DNA of 64,000 nucleotides, taken from IMG/VR virus record IMGVR_UViG_3300009185_000001, positions 128,001 to 192,000 of that record. The stretch is one strand, 5' to 3'. Below are positions 62,926-64,000 of the stretch, one piece after another (positions within the stretch are counted from its first letter, which is position 1; each line of letters begins with the position of its first letter). This DNA comes from a virus. Lineage: Duplodnaviria > Caudoviricetes. The notes beneath the pieces are model-generated. The model searched no databases. It saw only the letters and a program-made list of their open reading frames with translations, and was not told the DNA's origin. Both the position numbers and the translations under genes were made by a program.

Positions 62926-63480
62926 ATGAAATCTTATATGCAACAAATCAGCGACTTTGGTAGAGTAGTATCAGAGTATGATGAGAATAAGCATATCCTT
63001 TCAAAAACAAAATCAATAAACGAAAAGGTAGATGCTCTGTGCAAAGCCATTGAGTATCTTAAACAAAGAGAAGAAGAAGAATACGAAGAAGACGAAGAAG
63101 ACGAAGAAGACGAAGAAGACGAAGAAGAAACACCATCAATAACATCAAGAATAATCAAATCTATGAAAATGCCTGTAATAATAGTAGTAGCCGCACATCT
63201 GGCAGTGATCGGAGGAATAATGATTACTTCATCAAATTCCGCAAAAGCCAAGCAAATTTCTTCTGATAAAAAAGCATTGGAAGAATCATATAGTTATGCG
63301 AGTGTCGAAGACAAAGGAGAAAACGATTGGCCTAAACCAAAATTCCATGTAGTAACTTCCAAGGATACTTTTTATGGATTGGTAAAAAAGTATAAAGTCG
63401 ATGCCAATAAATTCAAAGAAATAAACAAAATCAAAGACATCAATGTTCTGATTGATGGTAAAAAGCTAATCATACCATGA
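62926..63480 (+). CDS. Membrane-anchored LysM protein with acidic tract
   Basis: EEEEYEEDEEDEED tract, TM PVIIVVAAHLAVIGGIMI, C-terminal HVVTSKDTFYGLVKKYKV...INKI..INVL..GKKLIIP. Confidence 0.75.
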   Translation: MKSYMQQISDFGRVVSEYDENKHILSKTKSINEKVDALCKAIEYLKQREEEEYEEDEEDEEDEEDEEETPSITSRIIKSMKMPVIIVVAAHLAVIGGIMITSSNSAKAKQISSDKKALEESYSYASVEDKGENDWPKPKFHVVTSKDTFYGLVKKYKVDANKFKEINKIKDINVLIDGKKLIIP

Positions 63481-63605
63481 CACTCCAAGAAGTTCGCCAA
63501 CGCAAGAAAGAGAGTAAGAAGACTTTAAGACATTTCTGGACAGCAGTATGCTTGGGAAATATTATATTACTCACAATGCTTGCGATTATTTCCTATAATC
63601 TTTGA
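63477..63605 (+). CDS. 42-aa single-TM peptide (absent from the ORF track)
   Basis: ATGA overlap with the LysM gene; basic N-terminus then FWTAVCLGNIILLTMLAIISY. Confidence 0.45.
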   Translation: MTLQEVRQRKKESKKTLRHFWTAVCLGNIILLTMLAIISYNL

Positions 63606-63615
63606 AAAATAGTTC

Positions 63616-63644
63616 TTGACTTTACCAGAAATTTCTGGAATAAT
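63616..63644 (+). promoter_or_regulatory. Early promoter with perfect 14-bp palindrome in the spacer
   Basis: TTGACT then CCAGAAATTTCTGG at 63625-63638. Confidence 0.6.
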
Positions 63645-63720
63645 ATCGCCTCAATCAAACCACAACGAGCAAAGGAACGGATGTTCTATCTTGCAAACTA
63701 TCAACCCTAAAACAAATCAA

Positions 63721-64000
63721 ATGAAATATAAAACCTTCCCATTCACCATCACTATTGACGATGGTTTCAACGAACCTAAAAATTTCAAAATGGAATTTGA
63801 TGGTAGTGTTAGTATGCTCGATCTCATCAAAACCTTGGAAGAAAAATTCCAAGCTAAACCATCCATCGAGGAACTTCTTTCAGAAGCTATGGAACTGGCG
63901 AGCAAATCAATCACGCTTGCGGAGGATTATAGTGAATCCGAAAAGGTGAAATGCCTCGCAAAGAAGTTTGAAGAACTGGAATGCAAAGTATGGGATATGG
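63721..64000 (+). CDS. Hypothetical protein, runs off the window end
   Basis: MKYKTFPFTITIDDGFNEPKNFKMEFDGSVSMLDLIKTLEEKF...; no stop before 64000. Confidence 0.6.
   Translation, partial: MKYKTFPFTITIDDGFNEPKNFKMEFDGSVSMLDLIKTLEEKFQAKPSIEELLSEAMELASKSITLAEDYSESEKVKCLAKKFEELECKVWDM

Noticed and set aside
1-64000. Stop-codon reassignment
   Set aside because: Core genes are full length in the standard code, TAG and TGA serve as real stops, and there is no suppressor tRNA.

Overview
Strongly AT-rich 64 kb segment of a large T4-like (myovirus-type) dsDNA phage. No database search was run; all calls come from reading the sequence and from recalled family motifs. Positions 1-46 kb hold a morphogenesis region: baseplate gp6/gp25, clamp loader gp44, terminase small subunit, gp23/gp22/gp21 (gp21 carries a LAGLIDADG intein), gp4, gp13, portal gp20, several fibre, LamG and lectin proteins, and three giant virion proteins. 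Positions 46-64 kb are accessory: a nucleotide-sugar reductase, about 2 kb of structured RNA with a tRNA cluster, an array of unrelated proteins sharing a 10-aa capsid-targeting-like leader, an HNH endonuclease, about 1.1 kb of non-coding repeat arrays, rIIA/rIIB and a membrane LysM protein. The main unexplained signals are RNA-level and regulatory. (1) A complete group I ribozyme core lies between genes with no host gene. (2) A structured RNA next to the tRNAs reproduces the 23S rRNA uL11-binding junction. (3) Several tRNAs are architecturally aberrant: a 50-nt tRNA-elbow-like insert in an anticodon loop, a tRNA-Arg(UCU) with its D-loop displaced, and a long-variable-arm Ile(UAU). (4) Late-promoter + MKTKDxILLE leader + variable cargo cassettes recur five times. 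(5) Promoter-to-ATG spacing implies mostly leaderless mRNAs. (6) A 12-bp dyad is shared between early promoter spacers and a phased array. The host is not determined; sigma70-type promoters argue against Bacteroidota.
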